From the NCBI RefSeq assembly GCF_018350175.1, contig NC_058368.1, positions 36,148,001-36,212,000 on the forward strand: a stretch of 64,000 nt of DNA, given 5' to 3'. Made by a program: the position numbers and the translations under genes. The notes under the pieces are model-generated. The model made no database searches. It was not told where the DNA came from and worked only from the letters and a program-made list of their open reading frames with translations. This DNA is from Felis catus. Its lineage: Eukaryota. Below are positions 12,337 through 26,465 of this stretch, piece after piece. Position 1 is the first letter of the stretch. The number at the start of each line of letters is the position of its first letter.

Positions 12337-15054
12337 CCCCCCCCCCCCCCCCCCGCCATTAGCTCTTTACAAAACTCTATCCCTGTCCATACCCTACTCC
12401 TAACACAGGACTTTGCCCCTTACTTCCCTAAAAATAGTCAAACTAGGCAGTATTGACTCCATTTTCCTCTTCTATGAAGACCAGTATTCTTATCTCACAC
12501 AGCACAACTGTGTGCTTTCCTGTTTTTAAGACTAACCCTAAAGCCTCAGTCTAACCCCAGCACCTCTTTCCCTCTTTTCACCATGATGATTCTTTTTCCA
12601 CAAACCTTTCAATCCAGACCCACACTCACCTCCCTTGGTTCTGCTTCCCATCAGGCTACTAGTTTTCTATCACCAACTAAAATGACAAGCATGGTATATT
12701 TTCACTATCCCCCTTCCTCACTACATCCACTTCCTAAGCCCTTACAGATGTGATTACCTCCCCCCACCCACCAACACACACACACACACTGTTTCTCTTA
12801 CAAATGACCATCTGTGAACTCATCTCTAAGGCCTCATCTCAGTGCCCATCTGCCAATCTCCCTGAAGCCCAAGTCTGTTGTATCTTCCCACCTGGGCCCT
12901 CCTCTCCCTAGACTACCCCATCTGATTATTCTTCTCTACCACTCTACATCCTATCTAAAGATACAGATACAGCTATTGCAGCTTCGGAAAATCCTCTCGT
13001 TTTATTCTTCTCTTCTACCCACTCAACAGAGGCTTTCACCATGTCTCCACCATTATCTCTTCTTGCTAACTTATTGGTAAGTTTTCAACTATGTCTGTAC
13101 ACCATTTAACATGAGAACTAACCTCTGGCATGCCAGGACCAATTTCACGAATTTCAGAGAAAAATCTATACACCCTGGTGTTCTCTACAGCTACATGTTC
13201 TATCAGACGTCACTTTTACATACACCAACATTAAATTCTCCCTTGAAAAGGAGTTAGAACGTAATCAGGACACTATTAAAGAAAAGTAAGACTGACACTT
13301 TAAAACTCACTAGAAAATACACCTGTCATTAGCACATCCTGCCAAATGCTTTACCTAACGTGTGACAGACACCACACATGCAGTAACAACACGTAGAATT
13401 TCATTTACTCTCCACAACCACCTGAAGGCTGAGATTCTCAGCTTCCTTTTGCAGAATTCAAAGAAAAGTAACCAAAAATGTTAACAACCATTATCTCTGG
13501 CAAAGAAATTATGGTTTTCGTTTTCTTCTTTTTGGTTTGTATGTTTTTTCCACAAAGATTATATATTACTTAATGAAAACATTCATTACTCAGTGAAAAC
13601 ACTCAGATAAAGGCATCAAGTTTTCAACTAAATAGCTTTGAAAACAGGGTTTTTACTTGAGTGACATTTCCTATAAAGGCAAGAATCAAAGAAATGTCAA
13701 CAATGGAAAGTAACTTGGATGTTATCAGATGCACTCCTCTAATTTTTAAGACTAGAAAAAAATCACTTTAGGTAATAATTTCTAAGATGCAGAAAAATCA
13801 CATGAAGTACTTCAAATATAAATACTTTCCATGTATTTCAATGCAATAATATACCTCTTTGATGAATCAAGTCTCCAGGTCACCTCTATTTTTCATTTAC
13901 TGTGATATTTACAGCATCCAGGATTGTCACACATAGGTAAAATGCTTAATAAACACCATTTGGCAATGATCACAAACTCAACATTTAATTTATTTAGGAT
14001 TTATCCAGATGTTTCCAAAACTTAAGTTCTGCAAATAAAAGTGATTATTAAATGAGTGCCAATTTACTACAAGAATATAAAATGAATCCGTGTGCTATTC
14101 CAAGTTCATTTAAAAGCCTTGCAAACAGCATACTATTAGCTCTGCTGATTTGTTTTTATTTTTGTAATTGAAATGTGGTCCATGTTATCAGGCCATCTGC
14201 ACCATGGCAAAATGACTTAGTAAACAAGACAGAAACGGTATTCTGTTAGGAACAACATCAGACTTGATTTCTGCTAAGAAAGTATGACTCTACACAGACA
14301 ATTTCTGGGACCAAGGTTGAAGACCTGGATGAAGGAAGGAAGCTATTGAGGGAACAGTCTGTCGCACTGCTCAGGTTTCCAGCTTGGAGACAGAGGAGAG
14401 TCCAAGGTCTCCTCACCCACCCCGTTAACTACCCAAGACAGAGTATAATACATTCTTAGCACAGTGCTGTGGGCAATAATCCAGCACTTGACCACACACT
14501 TAGGGCCCACAGATCCCAGTGTATTCTTCTCACCTGTTACACATCTTGTCTCTCCTCAACTGTGAGCTCCTTGAAGTGCTAAATACATTGTCTACTTCAC
14601 AATAGCATCCCCAAATTTCTTATGCACAGAATGGATTACTGTAGCCTAAACATCAAGGGGCAGGCACTGAAGTTCATTGTTCACATCTCACCACATCCCG
14701 AAGTAGGACATAATATGGTAAATGGTTGCCCTTCCTCTTCCCCTAGCTCTTTACCTCATAGCATCCTCTCCACTTTCGGTCCAAAAACAACTTTTTATCC
14801 TAAGAAATACAGAAAAACACCAAAAACTAAAAGTCAGCCATAATCCCAGTAGTCCTTTTTAAGTATACAAGGAAATCAGTCCTTGCCTCAGTTTCTCCAA
14901 CCATAGCCTAAGATGACACTGTGAATGCTTTTGTAAGTTCAGGGAGAATCTATCAAGAGTTTGTTTTGTTTTGTTTTTTCAAGGGGTAGAGAACACTCTT
15001 ACCCATTCACATATACTCGTATATACTCACAAATTCTTTAAACACAGATTGGTT

Positions 15055-15261
15055 GGGGGCATCTGGATGGCTCATTCGGTTAAGCATCTGACTCTTAGTT
15101 TCAGCTCAAGTCATGATAAGAACAATGGGTTTGAGCCCTGCATCGGGCTTTGCACTGACAGTGCAGTGCCTGCTTGGGATTGGCTTTTTCCCTCGCTCTC
15201 TGCCCCTCTTGCACTCTCTTTCTCAAACTAAATAAACTGTATTTTTTTTTAAGTTAAAAAA
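15055..15261 (+). mobile_element. Can-SINE (older)
   Basis: Head ggggcatctggatggctca. Near-TSD aaacacagatt/aaacacaaatt. Confidence 0.9.
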
Positions 15262-15501
15262 AAACACAAATTTCTTGAATGATCCATAGATTTCTATAGT
15301 TTTTTTCTTATCAGCTAACTTTCTAACTCCTATCTAACTCACTCATTTTAATGACTGGATTATCCACCACTCCATGAATGTGCTATAAACTCATCACTTC
15401 TCCAGTGATGGAGATTTTGGTTAAGTTTCTAGACATTTTACACAGTGCTGCAAGGACCCACTTCATACGTACATGTTTATACTTTCAAGTTATTGTTATT
15501 T

Positions 15502-15719
15502 GGGGCACTTGGGTGTCTCAGTCGGTTAAGCATCCGACTTCGGCTCAGGTCACGATCTCACCGTTTGTGAGTTCAAGCCCCACATCAGTCTCTGTGCTGA
15601 TGGCTCAGAGCCTGGAGCCTGCTTCGGATTCTGTGTCCCTCCCTTTCTCTGCCCCTCCCATGCTCATGCTCTGTCGCTGTCTCTCAATAAATAAATGTTA
15701 AAAACAATTTTTTTTTAAA
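15502..15719 (+). mobile_element. Feline Can-SINE
   Basis: TSD tcaagttattg(t/c)tatt at 15485-15500 and 15720-15735. Confidence 0.95.
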
Positions 15720-18585
15720 TCAAGTTATTGCTATTCAAAGGAGTGGGGTTGTTTGATAACTAGGGTATACAAGTTTTTTATTTAAATAGAGACTGCCAAA
15801 TTATACTCCAATAAGGCTGCATTGCTATATATTTCTACTCCCTCACCAAACACTACTGTCAGCAATATAGTTTTTCATTTTTGACAGGTGAAAAATGCTT
15901 TCCATACCTATTTTAATTTACATATTGAGATTGAACATCTTTTCAAATGGCTGCTCACCATTTAGGTTTCTTCTTGGGTAAATTGCTTATTCACATTAAG
16001 TAAAATTTTTCCTATTGGGTTATTCATCTTTTTCCTAATGATTTGTAGGTATTCTTTACACAGTAGTGATACACAGCAAATATTTTATTCTAGTTTTTTT
16101 TTTTAATTTCTTCCAACTTTATATTTACTCCTTTCTCTCCCCATCACCCACACAGAAGTTTTCAGTTGTTATATTAACAAACATAGTCAATCTTGTTCTT
16201 CACAACTTCTAGAATTTAACTTACTTAAAAACATTCACCTCCAGATTATTTTACCTTAGAATATTCTATATTTCACAACACTTATCCAGCATAGTAAGGA
16301 ACAGTGAGTTCTTTTTTCTTACAAGTATAGTATCAAAAACTTTAAAGTTCCTCTTCTTCCTCAGTGTGACTGTCACTCACACTAGGAAATATAGTGAACA
16401 AAGCTGTGAATCTTCCCTATTTTCCCAACGAGTTTTTCAGTTCCATTACCCCTACTCATCAGGTTTTCCCCAACACCTTCAGGGCTGAAGGGAGTGGAGA
16501 GCAAAGAGGTAAAGTGCAGAAAACTATTGTCATCAGATATCACAGCTGTACTCCAGTGCCAGTGTCCTCTGGTTATGGCTGATAAGCATCCCAGAAGGTA
16601 GCATTTGCATATGTGGGTTACTCAGAGACTCACTTGCTGAGACTTCTACATCTACCTTCCATAGACTCTGTTGGGGTCATTGTAGATGGTCTCCTTATAT
16701 AAAATTCTGAAGATAACTGAAACCCAGCTACCTCTGAGAGGTCCATATCCAGTCAGTGTTTTGGTGCAAGTCTAACTTGTTCCAACAATAGGCCTTTCTT
16801 CTTGCTTTGCCACCAGAACAACTCATACAGCCTCTTGCCTTTAGAGTCTACCATTTGCAGATAGAGTCACTTTCCAACCACATGTCCCCAGATTGAAAGG
16901 GACACAGTCAACCTCTGAGAGGTTTCTCAAAGGGCCACTCATCTAGCTTTATTCCCTCATCATAAGTTGAAGATACACCATAGCACTCTGACACCACTCT
17001 CTCCAAAGAAAGCCTCTCTATCAATCTTCCATTTAAAAAAAAAAAAATACTTGTGAACCTATTCTTATATAGCCTAGAGGCAAATGACAAGTTAACAGTA
17101 TCAGGATCATTCTCACAATCTCCTCTGGGGCCCACACTGGTCTGGCACCTGCTGTCTTCAGCCTCTGGACTTCAACCAAACTCTGACAACAGGAAAAGTC
17201 GCATTTAACATTTCTGCTATAGAAAACTTAGTTTTACCATTTTAATGGCTTTGTAGGTTGTTTCGAAATCAAAACCACCTTAATATTTTAGCTGATTCCT
17301 TGGGTTGGTAGGATTTTTTTATTTCCTTCTTTACATCTTATATTTTCCAAGTTTTCTTCAACAACGCATCCTTTCTGAAATAAGCAAAAACTTAATATTG
17401 CTGTTTTAAATACCTTTTAGTGTATTCCCGTTAGTCATATTCTTAACTTAGATTTTGTTATTAATTTTAAATAAGCATTATACAAAAGTAATTACTTAAA
17501 GCCATTCCATTCATTTATTCATTTTTTATTTAGTGTGCATTAAGATGGCATTTGAATTCTGATCATATCTTAAAAGAAAAGTATTCCTTCTCCAGAACTT
17601 TTAATGTAAGAAGGATTTAGAAATCATCTACTTTTTTTCAGTGGAGAACAAAGCAATAAGATAGTAAGAAATTCTTCCATATTGGTTGTAGACCATCTCA
17701 TTAAGTGATACTCTATCTTTTTAAGTTGTATCTTTGATTTTAATAATTTTAAATTTGAACATCTGAATAAATGAAGGATACTTGCAATGTTACTTGATTA
17801 CTAAACAAGTTGATCTTAGAATTTCTAATCACTTTAGTTACTGAAACACTCTTTATGTCCTAAGAAAACTCTCAAAAACACAGGGGGGAAATGTATAAAG
17901 ATCATGAGCTATGAAAGTGAAATATTTAGTGAGAAAATAAAAGGAAAACACCAGTTCTTGTCACATTCCACTCTAAAAGAAATGAACCTACGGGGAGAGG
18001 TATTCTGCCAACTCTAAAACACCCACCAATCTGAGGTTACAATTAACTTCAGATAATGAAATTCAGAAAAATCCAAATTTATCACATAATATGAGCCTAT
18101 TAAAACGTCTCAAGAGATTACACATGTGCACCAAGATCAAGCATGACCTCAAGATAAAATGAATTTAGTTACCATAAAAAGCAATTTCAGGGTACTCTAG
18201 AGGAAGTAGTCTGCATAGCTACCAGCAGACACGTCCAGAGACTCAAAGTTCTGCAGAGAGTTCTATTAAGACTTTCCAGGAAGGGGAGTACCAGGCCCAT
18301 TAACACAAATATCTAGTTTGTACCCCATCAGGTATTCCCCACCTTCATGGAGCTTCTCGTCTATCACATTAATTCAGTGGATAATTATATGAAGTATGAG
18401 AACAGTTAAGGTAAGAAAAGCATATAACACTGCGGGTACACACACTGTTATGCTCATGGCATATCATCCAATACCAAATAAACAATTCTCCATCATTTAG
18501 CTTCTTATATAGACTAGTTAAAAACAATTTCCTCCTTAATGATATTTCTCATTATGTTATGAAAGTGGCATTTGGATTTTTATAC

Positions 18586-18644
18586 AGTCTCTATTAGCTT
18601 ATTAGTCTCTATTAGCTATTAGTCTCTATTAGTCTCTATTAGCT
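18586..18644. repeat. Short tandem repeat of agtctctatt(agctatt) units
   Basis: Four agtctctatt copies are visible. Confidence 0.85.
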
Positions 18645-19140
18645 CGTATACCTGTTCACAAAATGCGTATTAAGTCTTGGAATGTTGACCAAGTTTATGA
18701 GCCTTCAAGATCCATCATATGTGGACAATCACAAATTCACAAAGATAAGACTATCTTAAAGCGACCTATCTTGTCCATGTGACACATGACCTCAATGCCA
18801 TTTTTCTCCAATATAACATAGAAAGGCAGAGAAAGGGCACATCATTTCTTACTCAGGGCCCTCAAATAGTAACCCAGTGGGCAGAAAGAGTGGTAATGCG
18901 GAGGTCAAAACAGCAAATTCAAACAAGTCTTTAAATGTGGCTACGCAGAGGCTGAGAGCTAGTTTGCAGTAAAACAGAGAAATGGATAGAAGCAACAAAT
19001 AAGAAAGGGTTGACCTAGGCAAGAAGGAAGTCACCTTGAACTTCAGAGAACTGCAGTGGCTACTGCAGGTTTATGCATGCTCCCAGAACACTGCTGAATG
19101 GATAGGATTGGGTCAGTTATTAAAAATAGAATGGGCAATT

Positions 19141-19362
19141 GGGAAGCCAGGGTGGCTCAGTCGGTTGAGCGTCCGACTTCGGCTCAGGTCATGATCTCAT
19201 GGTTTGTGGGTTCAAGCCCCACATCGGGCTCTGTGCTGACAGCTCAGAGCCTGAAGCCTGTTTCAGATTCAGTGTCTCCCTCTCTCTCTGCTCCTCCCCC
19301 ACTCATGCTCTGTCTCTGTCTCTCTCTCTGTCAAAAATAAACAAACATTAAGAAGAATTTTT
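19141..19362 (+). mobile_element. Feline Can-SINE
   Basis: Long TSD taaaaatagaatgggcaatt at 19121-19140 and 19363-19382. Confidence 0.96.
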
Positions 19363-19849
19363 TAAAAATAGAATGGGCAATTTAAAACTAAGACCTTTAA
19401 AATTAAGGGGCAGGAGACAATTTTTTTGGAGAAAACAGATAAAAAATTTGAACTTGAGCATTTGTTTTATCTTAAAATAGGCACCAAACCCAGAAAAATT
19501 TATAGTTCATGAAAATAGCAAGTCAGAAAGTAATTTGTAGATTGTGGAAAAATATTTGAGGAAAAAGGCAACTTACCAGTGTCTATCACCAATGTGGCAT
19601 AGCTAAAATGTGTTCATAACAAAAGGGAAACCAAACATTTGTGAAGGAGGCAAAATTCTCAAATGAAATCATTTCTATCTTAATAGTTTCAATTCACATC
19701 ACCCATTTGAGATTAACATGTTAACACATTAGTTTATATATAAAATGACTATGACAAATATGAATTACTAGTACAGTAGATATGTTTATAATAAGCCAAT
19801 ATTTATTAGTATATGATAATTTTTAAAAAAAAAAATTAATGGGTTAAGT

Positions 19850-20130
19850 GATCAAGACTTTTTGGAGACTACTGACCTAAAATACAGGAGTTAAGCCAGA
19901 AGCTTCTGCTAGCCATTTAGATATACCATGGAAAGAACCTGCCAAGACACAGTAAAATGCAGCCAACATAGAAAGACTGAGTCCCTACGTCATTTGAGAA
20001 CCTAGATCTAGGTCTGTTTGAAACCAAACCTATATCTAGGCCCATCTGAAGCCAATAGCTTTTCAGGTGCATGTGTCAATACGTTCCTGCTTTTCCTTGA
20101 ATCCATTTGAACTGAGACAACTATTTCTAA
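19850..20130 (+). mobile_element. Old MLT1-type LTR fragment
   Basis: catttgagaacctagatc...ttttcaggtgcatgtgtcaata...ccatttgaactgag resembles MLT1J/K. Confidence 0.5.
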
Positions 20131-21487
20131 CAGAGGGTAGAATAATTAAGTAGGGGAAAATTTTAAATTATGGAAAATTATATTTTTATGACCCCATTGG
20201 AGAGATAACGAGAAGAGAAAAAAATCCACCGTGGGACCTCCTTAAGGTGCTGGATATAGGCATCCAAGATCAAGCTTTCCATTATTCTGTAAGTTATATT
20301 CCCATTATTCTGAAAGCATACTGTAACTACACATAGTAACATAGTTACTCCCATGAATTGAATTCTGTGACTACAAAGAGTTGATTTTTTGTATCCCCAA
20401 CAGTTTATGAGCTATAATAATATCTGTTCCTGTTAACATAATCATACGTAAGAATGAAGGATAAGTTGTTTCTGTGATAAATGACTTCGATGCTTAGAAA
20501 AGACAAGATTAGGATGGATGTTTTAAAAAACCTTGTTTTCCAATTAGGTATGGGCCAAGTAACTGACAAGATCATACTCTCAAGAAATCATACAAATCTA
20601 AGTTTGAACTTAGACTGCGATACAAGTATAAATTCTTGGTCAAATTAAATCACACGAATGCTCACAGATGACACTTCACAGGTATGTCTCGTGCATAGGA
20701 AAAAATCAAAGTAGGAGCAATTTCTATTCAAAGAAAATGACTTGGCTGTATATCCAAAGATTGGCATGTGAATATGTTGGTTTATTTTTTAGGTAGCACC
20801 AAAAATAATTTTTATGATGCCTAGTTTTAATAATTTATTCAACTTTATTCCATGATGAAGCCAATTTAAGAATGCTTCAGCTGTAGCATACTTTTGCCCA
20901 GTGTCATTTCACACTTTAACCTCTGATGGCTTGAACTTATGTAATCACTGCCCTACTTCCCATACTATATGTTCCAACATTAACACTCCTAAACTTTATT
21001 ATTAAGTAAGCCAGGTCTTAGGGATAATGAGTTTTTTCAAATCACACAGCTAAAAGTAACAAAGCTGGATTCTGAACTCAGAAAAACATGGCCTGCCATG
21101 ATGAGTAAAATAGGCTTTCATAAAATATTGTTCAACACAAATTTAATAATTCATACCTCCTGGAAAAGATATAATGCAGTCTTTGTTCCTATTTCAAATT
21201 ATTATTAGTATACTTCAACATTTTAGTAATTTTCTTAGTATTTAAAAACAGTATCTAAATACAGTTACTCATCATTTTTGTAATTTATTTTACTACTGTA
21301 TATATAATAAAGTCCTAATGTCCATAACATTTTACAAGGTGTTACAGAAATTGATGGGTTTAATTACTTAATGTGCACGGATCAATTTGAAATAAATTGA
21401 AAATGAACATACCGTACACTCTACTTGATCTTGTTAGTCTTATTTCAGAATTCACTTTCTAATTTGCAACCCAGTAGGTTGTATTTT

Positions 21488-21506
21488 TTTTTAATTTTCT
21501 AGTATT

Positions 21507-21550
<44 letters not shown>

Positions 21551-21731
21551 TGCGCATGCCAGCATGTAAGCAAGGGAGGGGCAGAGAGAAAGGGAGACAC
21601 AGAATCCAAAGCAGGCTCCAGGCTCCTAGCTGTCAGCACAGGGCTTGACGTAGGGCTTGAACCCACAAACCATCAGATCATGACCCGAGCCGAAGTCGGA
21701 CGCTTAACTGACTGAACTACCCAGATGTCCC
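21488..21731 (-). mobile_element. Feline Can-SINE with expanded (GA)n
   Basis: TSD agtaggttgtatttt at 21473-21487 and 21733-21747. Confidence 0.95.
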
Positions 21732-23031
21732 TAGTAGGTTGTATTTTAAAACAGAAAATTTCTTTTACATGTCAGCGGTTTAAAGCCAAAGCCACTACAG
21801 GGAGGTAGAAGTCTAGCAGTCAAAAAGTCTGACCTCAAGGGGAAAAAAGGTCCCAGGCTTTCATTATCTAAGCCAACTCTGTTGGCTTGTTAAACTTTTT
21901 TCTTAAAAATGGGGCAGAGATACTATAGTTCTCTCTATAGAATAGTTTTTAAATAAATTAATAGGCACAACAGGTGGACAAACAAATTGGTAGACAAATG
22001 AAATAATGAAGGAAATAATGATTCAAAGTCAATTCTGGTCGGTTAAGGACAGCACGGAACTATATTCTTAAGAAGAGTGATACATTTTCATTAGTGATAC
22101 ATTTTCCAAGTAGTGTACGTATCTGCAAAAGGGGTCACACAGCACTTTTCACGTTGCTGAACCATTTTATAATACAAGGTGAAATAAACTCTCAGATGCC
22201 TATGAACTCCATTTACATGGAGTACATCACTGTAATTTTTTTAAATGCATTCATATTCAAATCTGAGAAACAGGATTCTGAGCTCATCAGGCCTGCTTAA
22301 TTGCACTAACATCTGCAATCAATTTAAATTCTTTAAGATAGTCTTTCACAGTGCTTGAAGTGATTTCATGCTGTGATAGCTTTAACACACTCACTAATTT
22401 ATAGACACACACAAGCAGATGAGACCTATTTTTCCAGGGGTGGGGTAAAGTACTGAAGGGCAGTCTGAATTTTCCAACTATCCATGGGATATAAAAAAGG
22501 ATGCATTCTGCATAACTTATGGAAATTATAGGAGAAGATGATAGCACCACATAAACATAATATAGAAATTAAAACTAAAACTAGTGTTTTATTTAAATCT
22601 ATTTGTAGGTCATGGACCATTAAGAGGTTTGATGAAAGTTTACAGGTTGCATAAACAGCAAAACCCAGAGCTAGGAGTTAAGGTTACACAGAGAAACGTC
22701 ATTCCTTAATCAGTCATGATTTTCTACCCTGAACGGCAAGGGGGCTAGGACAGGCAAGAGGAAGAATGCTGGTAATCCTGAATTGTTTTTTTAGCCCAAG
22801 ACATAAATTGGCATCAGACCAAGAATATGAAACTCACAATGAGAAGACTGGAGGATTTGGGCAGATGGCAGCAGCAGTGGAGGTTTTGAAACTCACTGGA
22901 TTCCCACAGAAAAAACGACTAAAGGGCAAAACCAAAAACCTAACAATTCTGAGCAACAACTTATCTCTGTGATCCTCAAAATACAAGTGGTTGGAAACAA
23001 ACCACTAACAACCTCAAAACCTACACGTTGT

Positions 23032-23034
<3 letters not shown>

Positions 23035-23069
<35 letters not shown>
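23035..23069. repeat. (TG)n microsatellite
   Basis: Directly visible. Confidence 0.95.
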
Positions 23070-23072
<3 letters not shown>

Positions 23073-23586
23073 CAAACAGAGGAGGCAAGAAGGTGGCTGA
23101 CGGACATGAAGACACGATCACCCCAGAAGAGCCCACTAGTGGTCATTAGAAAACCCAGTAGGTTAATCTGCGAACAGCAGCTAAAACTGGGTGGAGTACA
23201 GCCCACTCCAATTGTGGGTGAGCGCAAGTGGCAAAAAAAAGAAAAAAAAAAAAAATCTAAAGAGACAGGAGCAGTCTGTGTCCCATGAACTGCAGGACAG
23301 CACCCGCGCTGTGGAGAAAGTGCTGAGGATGAAATTAAAACAGAGAACATTCATACAGAAGATGAACAGTCACCACAAAAACAAAACCATAAGACGTGGC
23401 AAGGTAACTTACAATTTCAATATGAGTTAAGAGACACTGAGAGAATATAGAAGACCCAGTGGGAAAAAAATTAAAACAGAATTCCAAAAACTCAGAAATG
23501 AGGTATGAGAACTCGGAGCAGGGGGTAGAAACTAAAATAAATTTAAAAAAAAAGTGAAGTCTTCACTTAGAAGTGAAGACTACAGT

Positions 23587-23726
23587 GGTGCCTGGCTGGC
23601 TCAATCAGAAGAGCATACAATTCTTGATCTCAGGGTTGTGAGTTCGAGCCCCATGTTGGGTGTAGAGATTACTAAAATAAATAAAACTTAAAAAGAAAAA
23701 GAAGAAGAAGAGGGGGAGAGGGAGGG
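23587..23726 (+). mobile_element. Short tRNA-Lys-derived carnivore SINE lacking the (CT)n body
   Basis: gcctggctggctcaatcagaagagcat...tcttgatctcagggttgtgagttcgagccccatgttggg + tgtagagattact + A-tail. Confidence 0.85.
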
Positions 23727-23954
23727 GACTACACTACAGAGAATAAGAACAACAAAAATAAGATAAAAAGGATTTGGGACAAAGTGGCATAATGAAGATA
23801 TGCAAGTCTAATATACAGATAACAGGATCCCTGAAGAAGAAACCAAGGCAGGACAATAGAACAGTTTCATGAAATTTAAGTGAGGGAAAAAAAGCACATA
23901 ATGAAGGTATATTACATATCAGATAATCCCAACTCAGACATCTAGATGAAAACA

Positions 23955-24141
23955 GGGTGCCGGAGTGGCTCAGCGTGTTAAGCATTCAACCCTTAATATT
24001 GGCTCAGGTCATGATCTCACAGTAGTGGGATCCTGTGCTGAGTGCAAATCCTGCTTGGGATTCTCTCTCTCCCTCTGCCCCTCCCCTGTGTGTGCTCAAG
24101 CTCTCGCACGCACACGCTATCTCTCAAAATAAACATTTTAA
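23955..24141 (+). mobile_element. Can-SINE (older, internally deleted)
   Basis: Head, ggctcaggtcatgatctc, (CT) tract and tail. Confidence 0.88.
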
Positions 24142-24965
24142 ACAAAAGAGCCAGTAACCTGTAAGGGATAATACTTAGTTATCCACAGAACTTTGGACAC
24201 CAATACTGTCATGCTTTATGCCAGAAGAAAATGGTATGTTTAAGATCCTAAGGGAAAAAACCATGTGAGCCAAAGATTTTATTGCCAAATATAACTGACT
24301 AAGCAATAAAAGGCATATACAGTTATCAATATGCAATACTCAGGAAATACTGTTCCCAGGAGCCCTTTGAAGGAATCTATTACAAAACAAACTTCAGACA
24401 AATGTCTAGAGAAATATCAACTTAAGGACTGATGGTGAGCATTAAAATACAGTTACTTGCAAATAAAGATGAAATGGGGGCTAAATAGTTATTCATAGAA
24501 GGAAAGGCTAAATGGGAACTAGAAAGAAATGTAAAATGTAATGTCTACATAAGTCTACATATGTTTAATGCAGATATAGTACAAGAGCAGCAGTCGGACA
24601 CAGCATACGCAAAAGAAACCTTTTTTGAATATATACACACAGCTTTGTTTTTCTTTTGCTAGATCTCCACTGAAAAGTCCTGGAAACAACAATTAACCTA
24701 TTAGCAATAAGCATCCATGACACCCACACTGTTCTTGAAATACCACTTCCCCCTGAAGGAAATGATTGATTCCAGGCACAGTGAGAAAGGAACCTGGTTT
24801 GTCAGACCTTGCCAGATAGGAATGAAACAATCCAAAATTCCTAGGGTCATGCCAAAATGACTAGGAGCACCCGGGCAAGGGCCTGCTGGTCAAAGACAGG
24901 ACAATCTGAGCTTCACTAAGAGTAGTAATTACGATGCATAAGTTATCCTAATGACATAGGATAAC

Positions 24966-25195
24966 TTTTTTTAAGTTTATTTTGAGAGAGAGAGAGCTCA
25001 TGTGTGCGCACCCACACACACACACATGCATGTGTGAGCAGGAAAGGAGCATAGAGAGAGGGAGAGAGAGAATATCAAGCAAGCTCATTGTCAGCGCAGA
25101 TCCTCATGTGGGGCTTAATTTCGCAAAGCATGAGCTCACGACCTGACCTAAAATCAGGAGTCAGATGCTTAACCAACTGAACCACCCAGGTGCCC
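24966..25195 (-). mobile_element. Can-SINE (older)
   Basis: Reverse SINE ending ccacccaggtgccc. Confidence 0.9.
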
Positions 25196-25234
25196 AAGTA
25201 ATAATATCTTAATATCAAAAACTGGTTACTTTCA

Positions 25235-25429
25235 GGAACACCTGGGTGACTCAGTTACAGGTCTGATTTTGGTTCAGGTCATGCCCTCACGGTTCATGGG
25301 TTCGAGCCCCACATTGGGCTCTGTGCTCTCAGCACAGAACCTGCTTCAGATTATCTGTCACCCTTTCTCTGCCTCTTCCAACTTGTGCTCTCCCTCCAAA
25401 TTAAACAAACACTTAAAAAAAAAATTTGT
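25235..25429 (+). mobile_element. Can-SINE (older)
   Basis: Near-TSD aa(c/t)tggttac(t/c)ttcag. Confidence 0.88.
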
Positions 25430-25574
25430 AATTGGTTACCTTCAGAGGGTGATAGGAAACCAATTCAGTATAGTGAAAACTGGCAAAGGAAAAAGAATAA
25501 AGCATTTATCCCAAATTTCCTAGATCATGAAGTAATCAGTATTGGAGAGGAAAGGACTCTTTACAAATGTGTTC

Positions 25575-26465
25575 CAAAAAGAATACGCAATGGGAAAAAG
25601 ACTCTTCAACAAACCATGTTGGGAAAACTGGACAGCGACATGCAAGAGAATGAAACTGGACCACGGGCTTATACCACACACAAAGATAAATTCAAAATAT
25701 ATTAAAAGGGCCTAAATATGAGACCTGAAACTGTAAAAATCCTAGAACAGAGCACAGGCAGTAATTTCTCTGGCAATGGACGCAGCAACTTTCTCCTAGA
25801 TATGTCCCCCAGGGAAAGGAAAACAAAAGCAAAAATAAACTGTTGAGACTACATCAAAATAAAGAGCTTCTGCATTGCAAAGAAAACAACAAAACTAAAA
25901 GACAACCTACAGAATGAGACAAGATATTTGCAAATGGCCTCTCTGATAAAGGGTAATTCCAAAATACATGAAGAACTTAAAACACCCAACACCCAAAAAC
26001 ACAAATAATCCAATTAATATTGGGCAGAAGGCATGAAGAGACATTTTTCCAAAGACATACAGATGGCCAGCAGACACAAGAGAAGATGCTCATCATCAGG
26101 GAAATGCAAATCAATACTACAAGGAGAGATCACCTCACACCTCACACCTGTCAGAACGGCTAACATCAAAAACACAAGAAACAGGAGAGGATGTTGGAAA
26201 TGATGTGGAGAAATAGGAACCCTTATGTACTGCTGATGGGAATGCAAACTGCTACAGCCACTCTGGAAAATAGTATAAAGTTTCCGCAAAAAGTTAAAAA
26301 TGGAACTATCCTACGATCCATTAATCGTACTACTGGATGTTTACCCAAAAAAATACACAAACACTAATCCAAAAGGATACATATACTCCTATGTTTATCG
26401 CAGCATTGTGTACAACAGCCAAATTATGGAAGCAGCCTAAGTGTCCATGGATAGAAGATGGAGAA
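25575..26465 (+). mobile_element. L1 ORF2 C-terminal fragment, degenerate
   Basis: ctcttcaacaaa..tgttgggaaaactggacagc; gggaatgcaaactg..cagccactctggaaaa; cagcctaagtgtcca. Frameshifted, no 3' UTR. Confidence 0.92.

Noticed and set aside
23587..23665. Apparent tRNA-Lys gene
   Set aside because: It is diverged and followed by the SINE-specific tgtagagattact and an A-tail, so it is a tRNA-derived SINE.
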